Origin: Octopus vulgaris
Taxonomy: Eukaryota
Direction of reading: 5' to 3'
DNA length: 64,000 nt
Assembly (NCBI GenBank): GCA_951406725.2
Contig: OX597832.1
Location: 53,568,001-53,632,000, forward strand
In this document: piece by piece, positions 1 through 14,934 of the stretch
How positions within the stretch are numbered: the first letter of the stretch is position 1
Layout: every line of letters starts with the position of its first letter
Program-made: the position numbers and the translations under genes
Notes under the pieces: model-generated
Databases searched by the model: none
Told to the model about the DNA's origin: nothing
Seen by the model: the letters and a program-made list of their open reading frames with translations, nothing else

Positions 1-361
1 TTCTAAAACCAACCATTTTACAGAGTGTGCTAGCTGCTTTTCTGTTTACATGCCACCAGCACAAGTGAGTTTGCCATGCAGCTTGTAAGACTACAAACCC
101 CTTGATGGAGGGTGGAGGATGGAAGCTTTATGTTGGTGATTGAGGGGATATAGTATGAGAGAGAAAGAGCGAGAGGGGGTGGGGACAGAGCAGATTCTTG
201 TAGTAGAGCTGCATGATTACCCACATTTTGTAGAAGGAAGAAAGAATGGTCAGTGGGAGCTGCAAAGAGATCATAATATAAAATTGCTTTTTCTCTCAAT
301 ATATTTCAGTTCATCAATTGCTGATATCAAAAATATTCAGTGAGTGATTTCTATTTTTCAG

Positions 362-457
362 AATTGCTCTTCAGAGCTATAATATTCACCGTCACTCACT
401 ACTGGTTGCATGCTATACTATGCTGAAACATATTCCAGCAGTGCCAAATAAAGACAG
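362..457 (+). CDS. Penultimate coding exon of a GT7-family beta-1,4-galactosyltransferase / beta-1,4-GalNAc-transferase (B4GALT/bre-4-like)
   Basis: tttttcAG acceptor and ag|GTAAAT donor; 96 nt, phase 2 to phase 2. Reads (R)IALQSYNIHRHSLLVACYTMLKHIPAVPNKD(R), aligning to B4GALT1 RLVFRGMSISRP...CRMIRH...PNPQR including the M-x-x-H metal-ligand motif. Upstream exons lie outside the window. Confidence 0.8.
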
Positions 458-631
458 GTAAATATAATTTGAAAAATTTTGATTAGGGAATAGAGAGAAA
501 AATACCTTTCATTAGTTTGGGGTCAAGGAAATAAGTACCAGTTAAAAACTGAGGTCAATGTAATTGACTATGTCCCTGCTCCAAATTTCAGACATTGAGC
601 CTATAGTAGAAAGATTATTATTATTATCATT

Positions 632-679
<48 letters not shown>

Positions 680-936
680 ATTGCCTTTGCACAGCTTCTA
701 ACACTGGAGATGTACTACAGTGTCAGCTGTTCACTACCAGTGAACTAAGGTAACACCTCTTATTTTTCAAGCACCTTCCGGAGTATTCGAGCGGTTCCAA
801 GCAGTGCTGTTTTCTGCAAGTGCTCTGCCCTTATTGCAGCCCCTATTTGTTCCACATACTTCTCGAGATTTTTGCTCACTGTTCCCAGAGCTCTGACAAT
901 TATTGATTATTGTTATTATTGATATAATTATTATTA

Positions 937-1160
937 AGGCAGGAAGCTGGCAGAATTGTTAGCACGCTGGGCAAAATGATTGACGGCATTTCATCTGACT
1001 TGATCTTCTGAGTTCAAATTCTGCTGTTCTGCTGAGGTCGACTTTGCCTTTCATCCTTTTAGGGCCCATAAATTAAGTACCAGTCAAGTACTGGGGTCGA
1101 TGTAATCGACTATTCTCCCTCCCCCAAAATTGCTGCCCTTGTGGCAAAATTTGGAACCAT
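937..1160 (+). mobile_element. tRNA-derived SINE, family with the GCCTTTCATCCTT...AAGTACCAG core
   Basis: Head ggcaggaagctggcagaattgttagc...gagttcaaatt (A/B-box-like), central core and (ATT)n tail. Relatives at ~21698-21910, 25056-25560, 42838-43050, 44213-44437(-), 44587-44800 and 58235-58455(-). Confidence 0.75.
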
Positions 1161-1210
1161 TATTATTATTATCATTATTTACATAGATATACATAGATAT
1201 ACATTATATA

Positions 1211-2128
1211 TTGGGTCATCCCATAAATAACGTGGTTTTTTTCAATTGCATGAACTAAAAGTCGGAGTGGGGTGGGATTAACTACCTGCATCAACTTGCT
1301 ATAAAACAGGTAGTAATTTTATCTCGTCCTTATTCTTAGGGCAAGTTTTGAAGAATGCAGTTTAAATTTAACAGTTATTTTTTCAAAGCTATAATGGAAG
1401 TGACAAAGTAGCATATTCGGTATATTTTGCTTCATGATTCCAATAAAGGCAACAAAGCAACGGAAAGTGCAAGGAATATTAATACAGTATATGGGGGTCA
1501 GACAATAAACGAAAGCCAGTGTCAACAGTGGTTCCAGAAATTCCGAGCCGGAAACTACAGCCTAGAAGACAAGCCTCATCCTGGGAGATCTGTAAAGCTC
1601 AATGAGGACGTCCTGCAAGCCCTGGTTGGAAAAAAAATCCCATCATACCTGTTGAAGAACTAGCAGAGAAGCTTGGATTTGATCATTCAACCAGTCATTC
1701 AAGTCAGCGCTAGAAGGAAAACGACCATCTTTGGTTTAAGATGAAAGGTGTTCTTCCATCAGGATAATGTTTGGCCACATACAGTAAGGATAACATTCCA
1801 AAGGCTGAAGCAGTTTGAATGGGAAACAATGTCTTACCCACCATATTCGCCAGACCTTGCCTATCTGATTATCATTTATTCCAGTCTTCAAAAACATTTG
1901 AATGGAAAAAATATGAATTCTATAGACGAGGTCAGAAGAGTACTGGGGGAGTATTTTTCATCACGGTCAAGTGAATTTTAGAAGAGGAGCCTTCTGAGTC
2001 TGCCAGATAGAAGGACATTGTAGAAAATGAAGGAGAGTATATTTTAGATTAAAAAAGATCTTTGTTTATCGTAATTTTCAAAAATAAATGGTATAAAAAA
2101 AAATTGCATTATTTATGGGATGACCCAA
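1211..2128 (+). mobile_element. Internally deleted mariner DNA transposon
   Basis: TIRs ttgggtcatcccataaataa / ttatttatgggatgacccaa with TA on both sides. Transposase remnants: HTH (WFQKFRAGNYSLEDKPHPGR), HQDN.WPH and YSPDLA. Only 918 bp. Confidence 0.9.
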
Positions 2129-2163
2129 TACATATACTACATTACATATACGTATTTTCTACA

Positions 2164-2194
<31 letters not shown>

Positions 2195-2261
2195 CATCAT
2201 CATTTAAAGTTCATTTACCATGCTGGCATGGGTTGACATACATACATATATATATATATAT

Positions 2262-5200
2262 ATACTTTATTTGTGCATTAAGGCTACCATTGGTTTCATG
2301 TTAAGAAATACCTCAACAATTATTTTTGGATTAGAGTATGAAATGTCAAACCTATCACATCAGTGTTTGTCTCTATTTTGGATTAGAATATGAAATGTCA
2401 TGGAAAGTCACAATAAAATCATGAGAATTTTGATAAACGAAAACACAAGACATCAAGATAACGATGATGATTATGATGAGTAATGCCTATTTTGCTTTTT
2501 GTGGAATTTGTTAATTTTGGATTAGAGTATGAAATGTCATGGAAAGTCACAATAAAATCATGAGAATTTTGATAGATGAAAACACAAGACATCAAGATAA
2601 CGATGATGATCATGATGAGTAATACCTATTTTGCTTTTTGTGGAATTTGCTAATTTTGGATTAGAGTATGAAATGTCATGGAAAGTCACAATAAAATCAT
2701 GAGAATTTTGATAAATGAAAACACAAGACATCAAGATAACGATGATGATTATGTGAGTAATGCCTATTTTGCTTTTTGTGGAATTTGTTAATTTGGGATT
2801 AGAGTATGAAATGTCATGGAAAGTCACAATAAAATCATGAGAATTTTGATAAACGAAAACACAAGACATCAAGATAACGATGATGATTATGATGAGTAAT
2901 GCCTATTTTGCTTTTTGTGGAATTTGTTAATTTTGGATTAGAGTATGAAATGTCATGGAAAGTCACAATAAAATCATGAGAATTTTGATAAACGAAAACA
3001 CAAGACATCAAGATAACGATGATGATTATGATGAGTAATGCCTATTTTGCTTTTTGTGGAATTTGTTAATTTTGGATTAGAGTATGAAATGTCATGGAAA
3101 GTCACAATAAAATCATGAGAATTTTGATAAACGAAAACACAAGACATCAAGATAACGATGATGATTATGATGAGTAATGCCTATTTTGCTTTTTGTGGAA
3201 TTTGTTAATTTTGGATTAGAGTATGAAATGTCATGGAAAGTCACAATAAAATCATGAGAATTTTGATAAATGAAAACACAAGACATCAAGATAACGATGA
3301 TGATTATGATGAGTAATGCCTATTTTGCTTTTTTGTGGAATTTGTTAATTTTGGATTAGAGTATGAAATGTCATGGAAAGTCACAATAAAATCATGAGAA
3401 TTTTGATAAATGAAAACACAAGACATCAAGATAACGATGATGATTATGATGAGTAATGCCTATTTTGCTTTTTGTGGAATTTGTTAATTTTGGATTAGAG
3501 TATGAAATGTCATGGAAAGTCACAATAAAATCATGAGAATTTTGATAAATGAAAACACAAGACATCATGATAACGATGATGATTATGATGAGTAATGCCT
3601 ATTTTGCTTTTTGTGGAAGTTGTTAATTTTGGATTAGAGTATGAAATGTCATGGAAAGTCACAATAAAATCACATGAGAATTTTGATAAACGAAAACACA
3701 AGACATCAAGATAACGATGATGATTATGATGAGTAATGCCTATTTTGCTTTTTGTGGAATTTGTTAATTTTGGATTAGAGTATGAAATGTCATGGAAAGT
3801 CACAATAAAATCACATGAGAATTTTGATAAACGAAAACACAAGACATCAAGATAACGATGATGATTATGATGAGTAATGCCTATTTTGCTTTTTGTGGAA
3901 TTTGTTAATTTTGGATTAGAGTATGAAATGTCATGGAAAGTCACAATAAAATCACATGAGAATTTTGATAAACGAAAACACAAGACATCAAGATAACGAT
4001 GATGATTATGATGAGTAATGCATATTTTGCTTTTTGTGGAATTTGTTAATTTTGGATTAGAGTATGAAATGTCATGGAAAGTCACAATAAAATCATGAGA
4101 ATTTTGATAAACGAAAACACAAGACATCAAGATAACGATGATGATTATGATGAGTAATGCCTATTTTGCTTTTTGTGGAAGTTGTTAATTTGGGATTAGA
4201 GTATGAAATGTCATGGAAAGTCACAATAAAATCATGAGAATTTTGATAAACGAAAACACAAGACATCAAGATAACGATGATGATTATGATGAGTAATGCC
4301 TATTTTGCTTTTTGTGGAATTTGTTAATTTTGGATTAGAGTATGAAATGTCATGGAAAGTCACAATAAAATCATGAGAATTTTGATAAATGAAAACACAA
4401 GACATCAAGATAACGATGATGATTATGATGAGTAATGCCTATTTTGCTTTTTGTGGAATTTGTTAATTTTGGATTAGAGTATGAAATGTCATGGAAAGTC
4501 ACAATAAAATCATGAGAATTTTGATAAATGAAAACACAAGACATCAAGATAACGATGATGATTATGATGAGTAATGCCTATTTTGCTTTTTGTGGAATTT
4601 GTTAATTTGGGATTAGAGTATGAAATGTCATGGAAAGTCACAATAAAATCATGAGAATTTTGATAAACGAAAACACAAGGACATCAAGATAACGATGATG
4701 ATTATGATGAGTAATGCCTATTTTGCTTTTTGTGGAATTTGTTAATTTTGGATTAGAGTATGAAATGTCATGGAAAGTCACAATAAAATCATGAGAATTT
4801 TGATAAATGAAAACACAAGACATCAAGATAACGATGATGATTATGATGAGTAATGCCTATTTTGCTTTTTGTGGAATTTGTTAATTTTGGATTAGAGTAT
4901 GAAATGTCATGGAAAGTCACAATAAAATCATGAGAATTTTGATAAACGAAAACACAAGACATCAAGATAACGATGATGATTATGATGAGTAATGCCTATT
5001 TTGCTTTTTGTGGAATTTGTTAATTTTGGATTAGAGTATGAAATGTCATGGAAAGTCACAATAAAATCATAAGAATTTTGATAAATGAAAACACAAGACA
5101 TCAAGATAACGATGATGATTATGATGAGTAATGCCTATTTTGCTTTTTGTGGAATTTGTTAATTTTGGATTAGAGTATGAAATGTCATGGAAAGTCACAA

Positions 5201-8200
5201 TAAAATCATGAGAATTTTGATAAATGAAAACACAAGACATCAAGATAACGATGATGATTATGATGAGTAATGCCTATTTTGCTTTTTGTGGAATTTGTTA
5301 ATTTTGGATTAGGTATGAAATGTCATGGAAAGTCACAATAAAATCATGAGAATTTTGATAAACGAAAACACAAGACATCAAGATAACGATGATGATTATG
5401 ATGAGTAATGCCTATTTTGCTTTTTGTGGAATTTGTTAATTTTGGATTAGAGTATGAAATGTCATGGAAAGTCACAATAAAATCACATGAGAATTTTGAT
5501 AAACGAAAACACAAGACATCAAGATAACGATGATGATTATGATGAGTAATGCCTATTTTGCTTTTTGTGGAATTTGTTAATTTTGGATTAGAGTATGAAA
5601 TGTCATGGAAAGTCACAATAAAATCATGAGAATTTTGATAAACGAAAACACAAGACATCAAGATAACGATGATGATTATGATGAGTAATGCCTATTTTGC
5701 TTTTTGTGGAATTTGTTAATTTGGATTAGAGTATGAAATGTCATGGAAAGTCACAATAAAATCATGAGAATTTTGATAAACGAAAACACAAGACATCAAG
5801 ATAACGATGATGATTATGATGAGTAATGCCTATTTTGCTTTTTGTGGAATTTGTTAATTTTGGATTAGAGTATGAAATGTCATGGAAAGTCACAATAAAA
5901 TCATGAGAATTTTGATAAATGAAAACACAAGACATCAAGATAACGATGATGATTATGATGAGTAATGCCTATTTTGCTTTTTGTGGAATTTGTTAATTTT
6001 GGATTAGAGTATGAAATGTCATGGAAAGTCACAATAAAATCATGAGAATTTTGATAAATGAAAACACAAGACATCAAGATAACGATGATGATTATGATGA
6101 GTAATGCCTATTTTGCTTTTGTGGAATTTGTTAATTTTGGATTAGAGTATGAAATGTCATGGAAAGTCACAATAAAATCATGAGAATTTTGATAAACGAA
6201 AACACAAGACATCAAGATAACGATGATGATTATGATGAGTAATGCCTATTTTGCTTTTTGTGGAATTTGTTAATTTTGGATTAGAGTATGAAATGTCATG
6301 GAAAGTCACAATAAAATCATGAGAATTTTGATAAATGAAAACACAAGACATCAAGATAACGATGATGATTATGATGAGTAATGCCTGTTTTGCTTTTTGT
6401 GGAATTTGTTAATTTTGGATTAGAGTATGAAATGTCATGGAAAGTCACAATAAAATCATGAGAATTTTGATAAACGAAAACACAAGACATCAAGATAACG
6501 ATGATGATTATGATGAGTAATGCCTATTTTGCTTTTTGTGGAATTGTTAATTTTGGATTAGAGTATGAAATGTCATGGAAAGTCACAATAAAATCATGAG
6601 AATTTTGATAAATGAAAACACAAGACATCAAGATAACGATGATGATTATGATGAGTAATGCCTATTTTGCTTTTTGTGGAATTTGTTAATTTTGGATTAG
6701 AGTATGAAATGTCATGGAAAGTCACAATAAAATCATGAGAATTTTGATAAATGAAAACACAAGACATCAAGATAACGATGATGATTATGATGAGTAATGC
6801 CTATTTTGCTTTTTGTGGAATTTGTTAATTTGGGATTAGAGTATGAAATGTCATGGAAAGTCACAATAAAATCATGAGAATTTTGATAAACGAAAACACA
6901 AGACATCAAGATAACGATGATGATTATGATGAGTAATGCCTATTTTGCTTTTTGTGGAATTTGTTAATTTTGGATTAGAGTATGAAATGTCATGGAAAGT
7001 CACAATAAAATCACATGAGAATTTTGATAAACGAAAACACAAGACATCAAGATAACGATGATGATTATGATGAGTAATGCCTATTTTGCTTTTTGTGGAA
7101 TTTGTTAATTTTGGATTAGAGTATGAAATGTCATGGAAAGTCACAATAAAATCATGAGAATTTTGATAAACGAAAACACAAGACATCAAGATAACGATGA
7201 TGATTATGATGAGTAATGCCTATTTTGCTTTTTGTGGAATTTGTTAATTTTGGATTAGAGTATGAAATGTCATGGAAAGTCACAATAAAATCATGAGAAT
7301 TTTGATAAACGAAAACACAAGACATCAAGATAACGATGATGATTATGATGAGTAATGCATATTTTGCTTTTTGTGGAATTTGTTAATTTTGGATTAGAGT
7401 ATGAAATGTCATGGAAAGTCACAATAAAATCACATGAGAATTTTGATAAATGAAAACACAGGACATCAAGATAACGATGATGATTATGATGAGTAATGCC
7501 TATTTTGCTTTTTGTGGAATTTGTTAATTTTGGATTAGAGTATGAAATGTCATGGAAAGTCACAATAAAATCATGAGAATTTTGATAAACGAAAACACAA
7601 GACATCAAGATAACGATGATGATTATGATGAGTAATGCCTATTTTGCTTTTTGTGGAATTTGTTAATTTTGGATTAGAGTATGAAATGTCATGGAAAGTC
7701 ACAATAAAATCATGAGAATTTTGATAAATGAAAACACAAGACATCAAGATAACGATGATGATTATGATGAGTAATGCCTATTTTGCTTTTTGTGAATTTG
7801 TTAATTTTGGATTAGAGTATGAAATGTCATGGAAAGTCACAATAAAATCATGAGAATTTTGATAAATGAAAACACAAGACATCAAGATAACGATGATGAT
7901 TATGATGAGTAATGCCTATTTTGCTTTTTGTGGAATTTGTTAATTTTGGATTAGGGTATGAAATGTCATGGAAAGTCACAATAAAATCATGAGAATTTTG
8001 ATAAATGAAAACACAAGACATCAAGATAACGATGATGATTATGATGAGTAATGCCTATTTTGCTTTTTGTGGAATTTGTTAATTTTGGATTAGGGTATGA
8101 AATGTCATGGAAAGTCACAATAAAATCACATGAGAATTTTGATAAACGAAAACACAAGACATCAAGATAACGATGATGATTATGATGAGTAATGCCTATT

Positions 8201-11200
8201 TTGCTTTTTGTGGAATTTGTTAATTTTGGATTAGAGTATGAAATGTCATGGAAAGTCACAATAAAATCATGAGAATTTTGATAAACGAAAACACAAGACA
8301 TCAAGATAACGATGATGATTATGATGAGTAATGCCTATTTTGCTTTTTGTGGAATTTGTTAATTTTGGATTAGAGTATGAAATGTCATGGAAAGTCACAA
8401 TAAAATCATGAGAATTTTGATAAACGAAAACACAAGACATCAAGATAACGATGATGATTATGATGAGTAATGCCTATTTTGCTTTTTGTGGAATTTGTTA
8501 ATTTTGGATTAGAGTATGAAATGTCATGGAAAGTCACAATAAAATCATGAGAATTTTGATAAATGAAAACACAAGACATCAAGATAACGATGATGATTAT
8601 GATGAGTAATGCCTATTTTGCTTTTTGTGGAATTTGTTAATTTTGGATTAGAGTATGAAATGTCATGGAAAGTCACAATAAAATCATGAGAATTTTGATA
8701 AATGAAAACACAAGACATCAAGATAACGATGATGATTATGATGAGTAATGCCTATTTTGCTTTTTGTGGAATTTGTTAATTTTGGATTAGAGTATGAAAT
8801 GTCATGGAAAGTCACAATAAAATCACATGAGAATTTTGATAAACGAAAACACAAGACATCAAGATAACGATGATGATTATGATGAGTAATGCCTATTTTG
8901 CTTTTTGTGGAATTTGTTAATTTTGGATTAGAGTATGAAATGTCATGGAAAGTCACAATAAAATCATGAGAATTTTGATAAATGAAAACACAAGACATCA
9001 AGATAACGATGATGATTATGATGAGTAATGCCTATTTTGCTTTTTGTGGAATTTGTTAATTTGGGATTAGAGTATGAAATGTCATGGAAAGTCACAATAA
9101 AATCACATGAGAATTTTGATAAACGAAAACACAAGACATCAAGATAACGATGATGATTATGATGAGTAATGCCTATTTTGCTTTTTGTGGAATTTGTTAA
9201 TTTGGGATTAGAGTATGAAATGTCATGGAAAGTCACAATAAAATCACATGAGAATTTTGATAAACGAAAACACAAGACATCAAGATAACGATGATGATTA
9301 TGATGAGTAATGCCTATTTTGCTTTTTGTGGAATTTGTTAATTTTGGATTAGAGTATGAAATGTCATGGAAAGTCACAATAAAATCATGAGAATTTTGAT
9401 AAACGAAAACACAAGACATCAAGATAACGATGATGATTATGATGAGTAATGCCTATTTTGCTTTTTGTGGAATTTGTTAATTTTGGATTAGAGTATGAAA
9501 TGTCATGGAAAGTCACAATAAAATCATGAGAATTTTGATAAATGAAAACACAAGACATCAAGATAACGATGATGATTATGATGAGTAATGCCTATTTTGC
9601 TTTTTGTGGAATTTGTTAATTTTGGATTAGAGTATGAAATGTCATGGAAAGTCACAATAAAATCACATGAGAATTTTGATAAACGAAAACACAAGACATC
9701 AAGATAACGATGATGATTATGATGAGTAATGCCTATTTTGCTTTTTGTGGAATTTGTTAATTTTGGATTAGAGTATGAAATGTCATGGAAAGTCACAATA
9801 AAATCATGAGAATTTTGATAAACGAAAACACAAGACATCAAGATAACGATGATGATTATGATGAGTAATGCCTATTTTGCTTTTTGTGGAATTTGTTAAT
9901 TTTGGATTAGAGTATGAAATGTCATGGAAAGTCACAATAAAATCATGAGAATTTTGATAAACGAAAACACAAGACATCAAGATAACGATGATGATTATGA
10001 TGAGTAATGCCTATTTTGCTTTTTGTGGAATTTGTTAATTTTGGATTAGAGTATGAAATGTCATGGAAAGTCACAATAAAATCACATGAGAATTTTGATA
10101 AACGAAAACACAAGACATCAAGATAACGATGATGATTATGATGAGTAATGCCTATTTTGCTTTTTGTGGAATTTGTTAATTTTGGATTAGAGTATGAAAT
10201 GTCATGGAAAGTCACAATAAAATCATGAGAATTTTGATAAACGAAAACACAAGACATCAAGATAACGATGATGATTATGATGAGTAATGCCTATTTTGCT
10301 TTTTGTGGAATTTGTTAATTTTGGATTAGAGTATGAAATGTCATGGAAAGTCACAATAAAATCATGAGAATTTTGATAAACGAAAACACAAGACATCAAG
10401 ATAACGATGATGATTATGATGAGTAATGCCTATTTTGCTTTTTGTGGAATTTGTTAATTTTGGATTAGAGTATGAAATGTCATGGAAAGTCACAATAAAA
10501 TCACATGAGAATTTTGATAAATGAAAACACAAGACATCAAGATAACGATGATGATTATGATGAGTAATGCCTATTTTGCTTTTTGTGGAAGTTGTTAATT
10601 TTGGATTAGAGTATGAAATGTCATGGAAAGTCACAATAAAATCACATGAGAATTTTGATAAACGAAAACACAAGACATCAAGATAACGATGATGATTATG
10701 ATGAGTAATGCCTATTTTGCTTTTTGTGGAATTTGTTAATTTTGGATTAGAGTATGAAATGTCATGGAAAGTCACAATAAAATCATGAGAATTTTGATAA
10801 ACGAAAACACAAGACATCAAGATAACGATGATGATTATGATGAGTAATGCCTATTTTGCTTTTTGTGGAATTTGTTAATTTTGGATTAGAGTATGAAATG
10901 TCATGGAAAGTCACAATAAAATCATGAGAATTTTGATAAATGAAAACACAAGACATCAAGATAACGATGATGATTATGATGAGTAATGCCTATTTTGCTT
11001 TTTGTGGAATTTGTTAATTTTGGATTAGAGTATGAAATGTCATGGAAAGTCACAATAAAATCATGAGAATTTTGATAAACGAAAACACAAGACATCAAGA
11101 TAACGATGATGATTATGATGAGTAATGCCTATTTTGCTTTTTGTGGAATTTGTTAATTTTGGATTAGAGTATGAAATGTCATGGAAAGTCACAATAAAAT

Positions 11201-14200
11201 CACATGAGAATTTTGATAAACGAAAACACAAGACATCAAGATAACGATGATGATTATGATGAGTAATGCCTATTTTGCTTTTTGTGGAATTTGTTAATTT
11301 TGGATTAGAGTATGAAATGTCATGGAAAGTCACAATAAAATCACATGAGAATTTTGATAAATGAAAACACAAGACATCAAGATAACGATGATGATTATGA
11401 TGAGTAATGCCTATTTTGCTTTTTGTGGAATTTGTTAATTTTGGATTAGAGTATGAAATGTCATGGAAAGTCACAATAAAATCACATGAGAATTTTGATA
11501 AATGAAAACACAGGACATCAAGATAACGATGATGATTATGATGAGTAATGCACATTTTGCTTTTTGTGGAAGTTGTTAATTTGGGATTAGAGTATGATAT
11601 GTCATGGAAAGTCACAATAAAATCACATGAGAATTTTGATAAACGAAAACACAAGACATCAAGATAACGATGATGATTATGATGAGTAATGCCTATTTTG
11701 CTTTTTGTGGAATTTGTTAATTTTGGATTAGAGTATGAAATGTCATGGAAAGTCACAATAAAATCATGAGAATTTTGATAAACGAAAACACAAGACATCA
11801 AGATAACGATGATGATTATGATGAGTAATGCCTATTTTGCTTTTTGTGGAATTTGTTAATTTTGGATTAGAGTATGAAATGTCATGGAAAGTCACAATAA
11901 AATCATGAGAATTTTGATAAATGAAAACACAAGACATCAAGATAACGATGATGATTATAATGAGTAATGCCTATTTTGCTTTTTGTGGAATTTGTTAATT
12001 TGGGATTAGATTATGAAATGTCATGGAAAGTCACAATAAAATCATGAGAATTTTGATAAACGAAAACACAAGACATCAAGATAACGATGATGATTATGAT
12101 GAGTAATGCCTATTTTGCTTTTTGTGGAATTTGTTAATTTTGGATTAGAGTATGAAATGTCATGGAAAGTCACAATAAAATCACATGAGAATTTTGATAA
12201 ATGAAAACACAGGACATCAAGATAACGATGATGATTATGATGAGTAATGCCTATTTTGCTTTTTGTGGAAGTTGTTAATTTTGGATTAGAGTATGAAATG
12301 TCATGGAAAGTCACAATAAAATTACATGAGAATTTTGATAAACGAAAACACAAGACATCAAGATAACGATGATGATTATGATGAGTAATGCATATTTTGC
12401 TTTTTGTGGAATTTGTTAATTTTGGATTAGAGTATGAAATGTCATGGAAAGTCACAATAAAATCATGAGAATTTTGATAAACGAAAACACAAGACATCAA
12501 GATAACGATGATGATTATGATGAGTAATGCATATTTTGCTTTTTGTGGAATTTGGTAATTTTGGATTAGAGTATGAAATGTCATGGAAAGTCACAATAAA
12601 ATCATGAGAATTTTGATAAACGAAAACACAAGACATCAAGATAACGATGATGATTATGATGAGTAATGCATATTTTGCTTTTTGTGGAATTTGTTAATTT
12701 TGGATTAGAGTATGAAATGTCATGGAAAGTCACAATAAAATCATGAGAATTTTGATAAACGAAAACACAAGACATCAAGATAACGATGATGATTATGATG
12801 AGTAATGCCTATTTTGCTTTTTGTGGAATTTGCTAATTTTGGATTAGAGTATGAAATGTCATGGAAAGTCACAATAAAATCATGAGAATTTTGATAAATG
12901 AAAACACAAGACATCAAGATAACGATGATGATTATAATGAGTAATGCCTATTTTGCTTTTTGTGGAATTTGTTAATTTGGGATTAGAGTATGAAATGTCA
13001 TGGAAAGTCACAATAAAATCATGAGAATTTTGATAAACGAAAACACAAGACATCAAGATAACGATGATGATTATGATGAGTAATGCCTATTTTGCTTTTT
13101 GTGGAATTTGTTAATTTGGGATTAGAGTATGAAATGTCATGGAAAGTCACAATAAAATCACATGAGAATTTTGATAAACGAAAACACAAGACATCAAGAT
13201 AACGATGATGATTATGATGAGTAATGTCTATTTTGCTTTTTGTGGAAGTTGTTAATTTTGGATTAGAGTATGAAATGTCATGGAAAGTCACAATAAAATC
13301 ATGAGAATTTTGATAAACGAAAACACAAGACATCAAGATAACGATGATGATTATGATGAGTAATGCCTATTTTGCTTTTTGTGGAATTTGTTAATTTTGG
13401 ATTAGAGTATGAAATGTCATGGAAAGTCACAATAAAATCATGAGAATTTTGATAAATGAAAACACAAGACATCAAGATAACGATGATGATCATGATGAGT
13501 AATGCCTATTTTGCTTTTTGTGGAATTTTCTAATTTTGGATTAGAGTATGAAATGTCATGGAAAGTCACAATAAAATCACATGAGAATTTTGATAAACGA
13601 AAACACAAGACATCAAGATAACGATGATGATTATGATGAGTAATGCCTATTTTGCTTTTTGTGGAATTTGTTAATTTTGGATTAGAGTATGAAATGTCAT
13701 GGAAAGTCACAATAAAATCACATGAGAATTTTGATAAACGAAAACACAAGACATCAAGATAACGATGATGATTATGCTGAGTAATGCCTATTTTGTTTTT
13801 TGTGGAATTTGTTAATTTTGGATTAGAGTATGAAATGTCATGGAAAGTCACAATAAAATCATGAGAATTTTGATAAATGAAAACACAAGACATCAAGATA
13901 ACGATGATGATCATGATGAGTAATGCCTATTTTGCTTTTTGTGGAATTTGCTAATTTTGGATTAGAGTATGAAATGTCATGGAAAGTCACAATAAAATCA
14001 TGAGAATTTTGATAAATAAAAACACAAGATAACGATGATGATTATGATGAGTAATGCCTATTTTGCTTTTTGTGGAATTTGTTAAGCTACATCTAAAATT
14101 TTGTGCAAAATTGTCTTTATGGTCTTTCAGAGTTAAAAAAAAAATTTTTAAACATGTCATTCTATTCTATCTTCAATTTTAAGATTTGTAGCTTTAATTT

Positions 14201-14531
14201 TTTGCTTCAACATTGATAAAATGATAAGCGATGAGGTTCGTTTTCTTATATATTGCATTCTGATAATTTAATTTTTCCAAAAGTCGAATTCAAGGAAAAT
14301 AAACATTCACAGTTTGTTTCCCTTGATGTCTTTGTTTCCCTTTCGTTTACTGAAAAATTACATGTTATTTTATTGTGATTTTCTATGTTTTAATCCAAAC
14401 TGGAGATGGACATCAATGTTCCATGTGATAATAGGCTTGGTAATTGTCGGGCATTCCTTAGCATGAAACCAATGGTAGCCTTAATACACAAATAATGTAT
14501 CTTTGTTTACCCATGTAGTGTTGACCACTCA
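2262..14531. mobile_element. Long-inverted-repeat (MITE/foldback-like) element enclosing the satellite array
   Basis: Left arm ttatttgtgcattaaggctaccattggtttcatgttaagaaat (~2267-2310) is the reverse complement of right arm attccttagcatgaaaccaatggtagccttaatacacaaataa (~14453-14496). A diverged solo copy of the right arm lies at ~52590-52760. Confidence 0.7.
2376..14085. repeat. Satellite array, 139-bp monomer (141-bp variant with extra CA), about 84 copies
   Basis: Head-to-tail repeats of ttttggattagagtatgaaatgtcatggaaagtcacaataaaatcatgag...gtggaatttgttaa; highly homogeneous. The minus-strand ORFs in the track are artefacts of the repeat. Confidence 0.97.
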
Positions 14532-14751
14532 TTACCATTGTTCAATATTTACATATATCGAAAGGCAGCAAGCTGGCAGAAATGTTAGCATGTTGGGCAA
14601 AATGCTTAGAAGTGCCAGTTTCATACAGGGGTTGATCTAATCGAATGGGCCCCCTCCCCAAAAATTTCGGGCCTTTTGCCTAGAGTAGAAAAGTATATTT
14701 ACATATATATATACACACACACACTTATACATGTATGTATGTATGTGTGTA

Positions 14752-14798
<47 letters not shown>

Positions 14799-14934
14799 GC
14801 ATACACACGTATGTATATATATATATAATATGTGTGTGGGTGTGTGAATTATATTTATATTATACATGTATATCGTATGCACAATATCACTGAATTAAGT
14901 GTTGTTTTATCAGGATATATTTATTGTGTTTCAG

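Noticed and set aside
310-339. Possible micro-exon (AG...GTGAGT) upstream of the GT7 exon
   Set aside because: It would leave a 22-nt intron before 362, too short to splice.
2419-13914. Repetitive His-rich minus-strand ORFs (up to 246 aa)
   Set aside because: By-product of the 141-bp (47-codon) satellite variant; the frame breaks at every 139-bp unit.
2376-14085. CRISPR-like array
   Set aside because: Whole monomers repeat with no unique spacers, no cas genes, and the context is eukaryotic.
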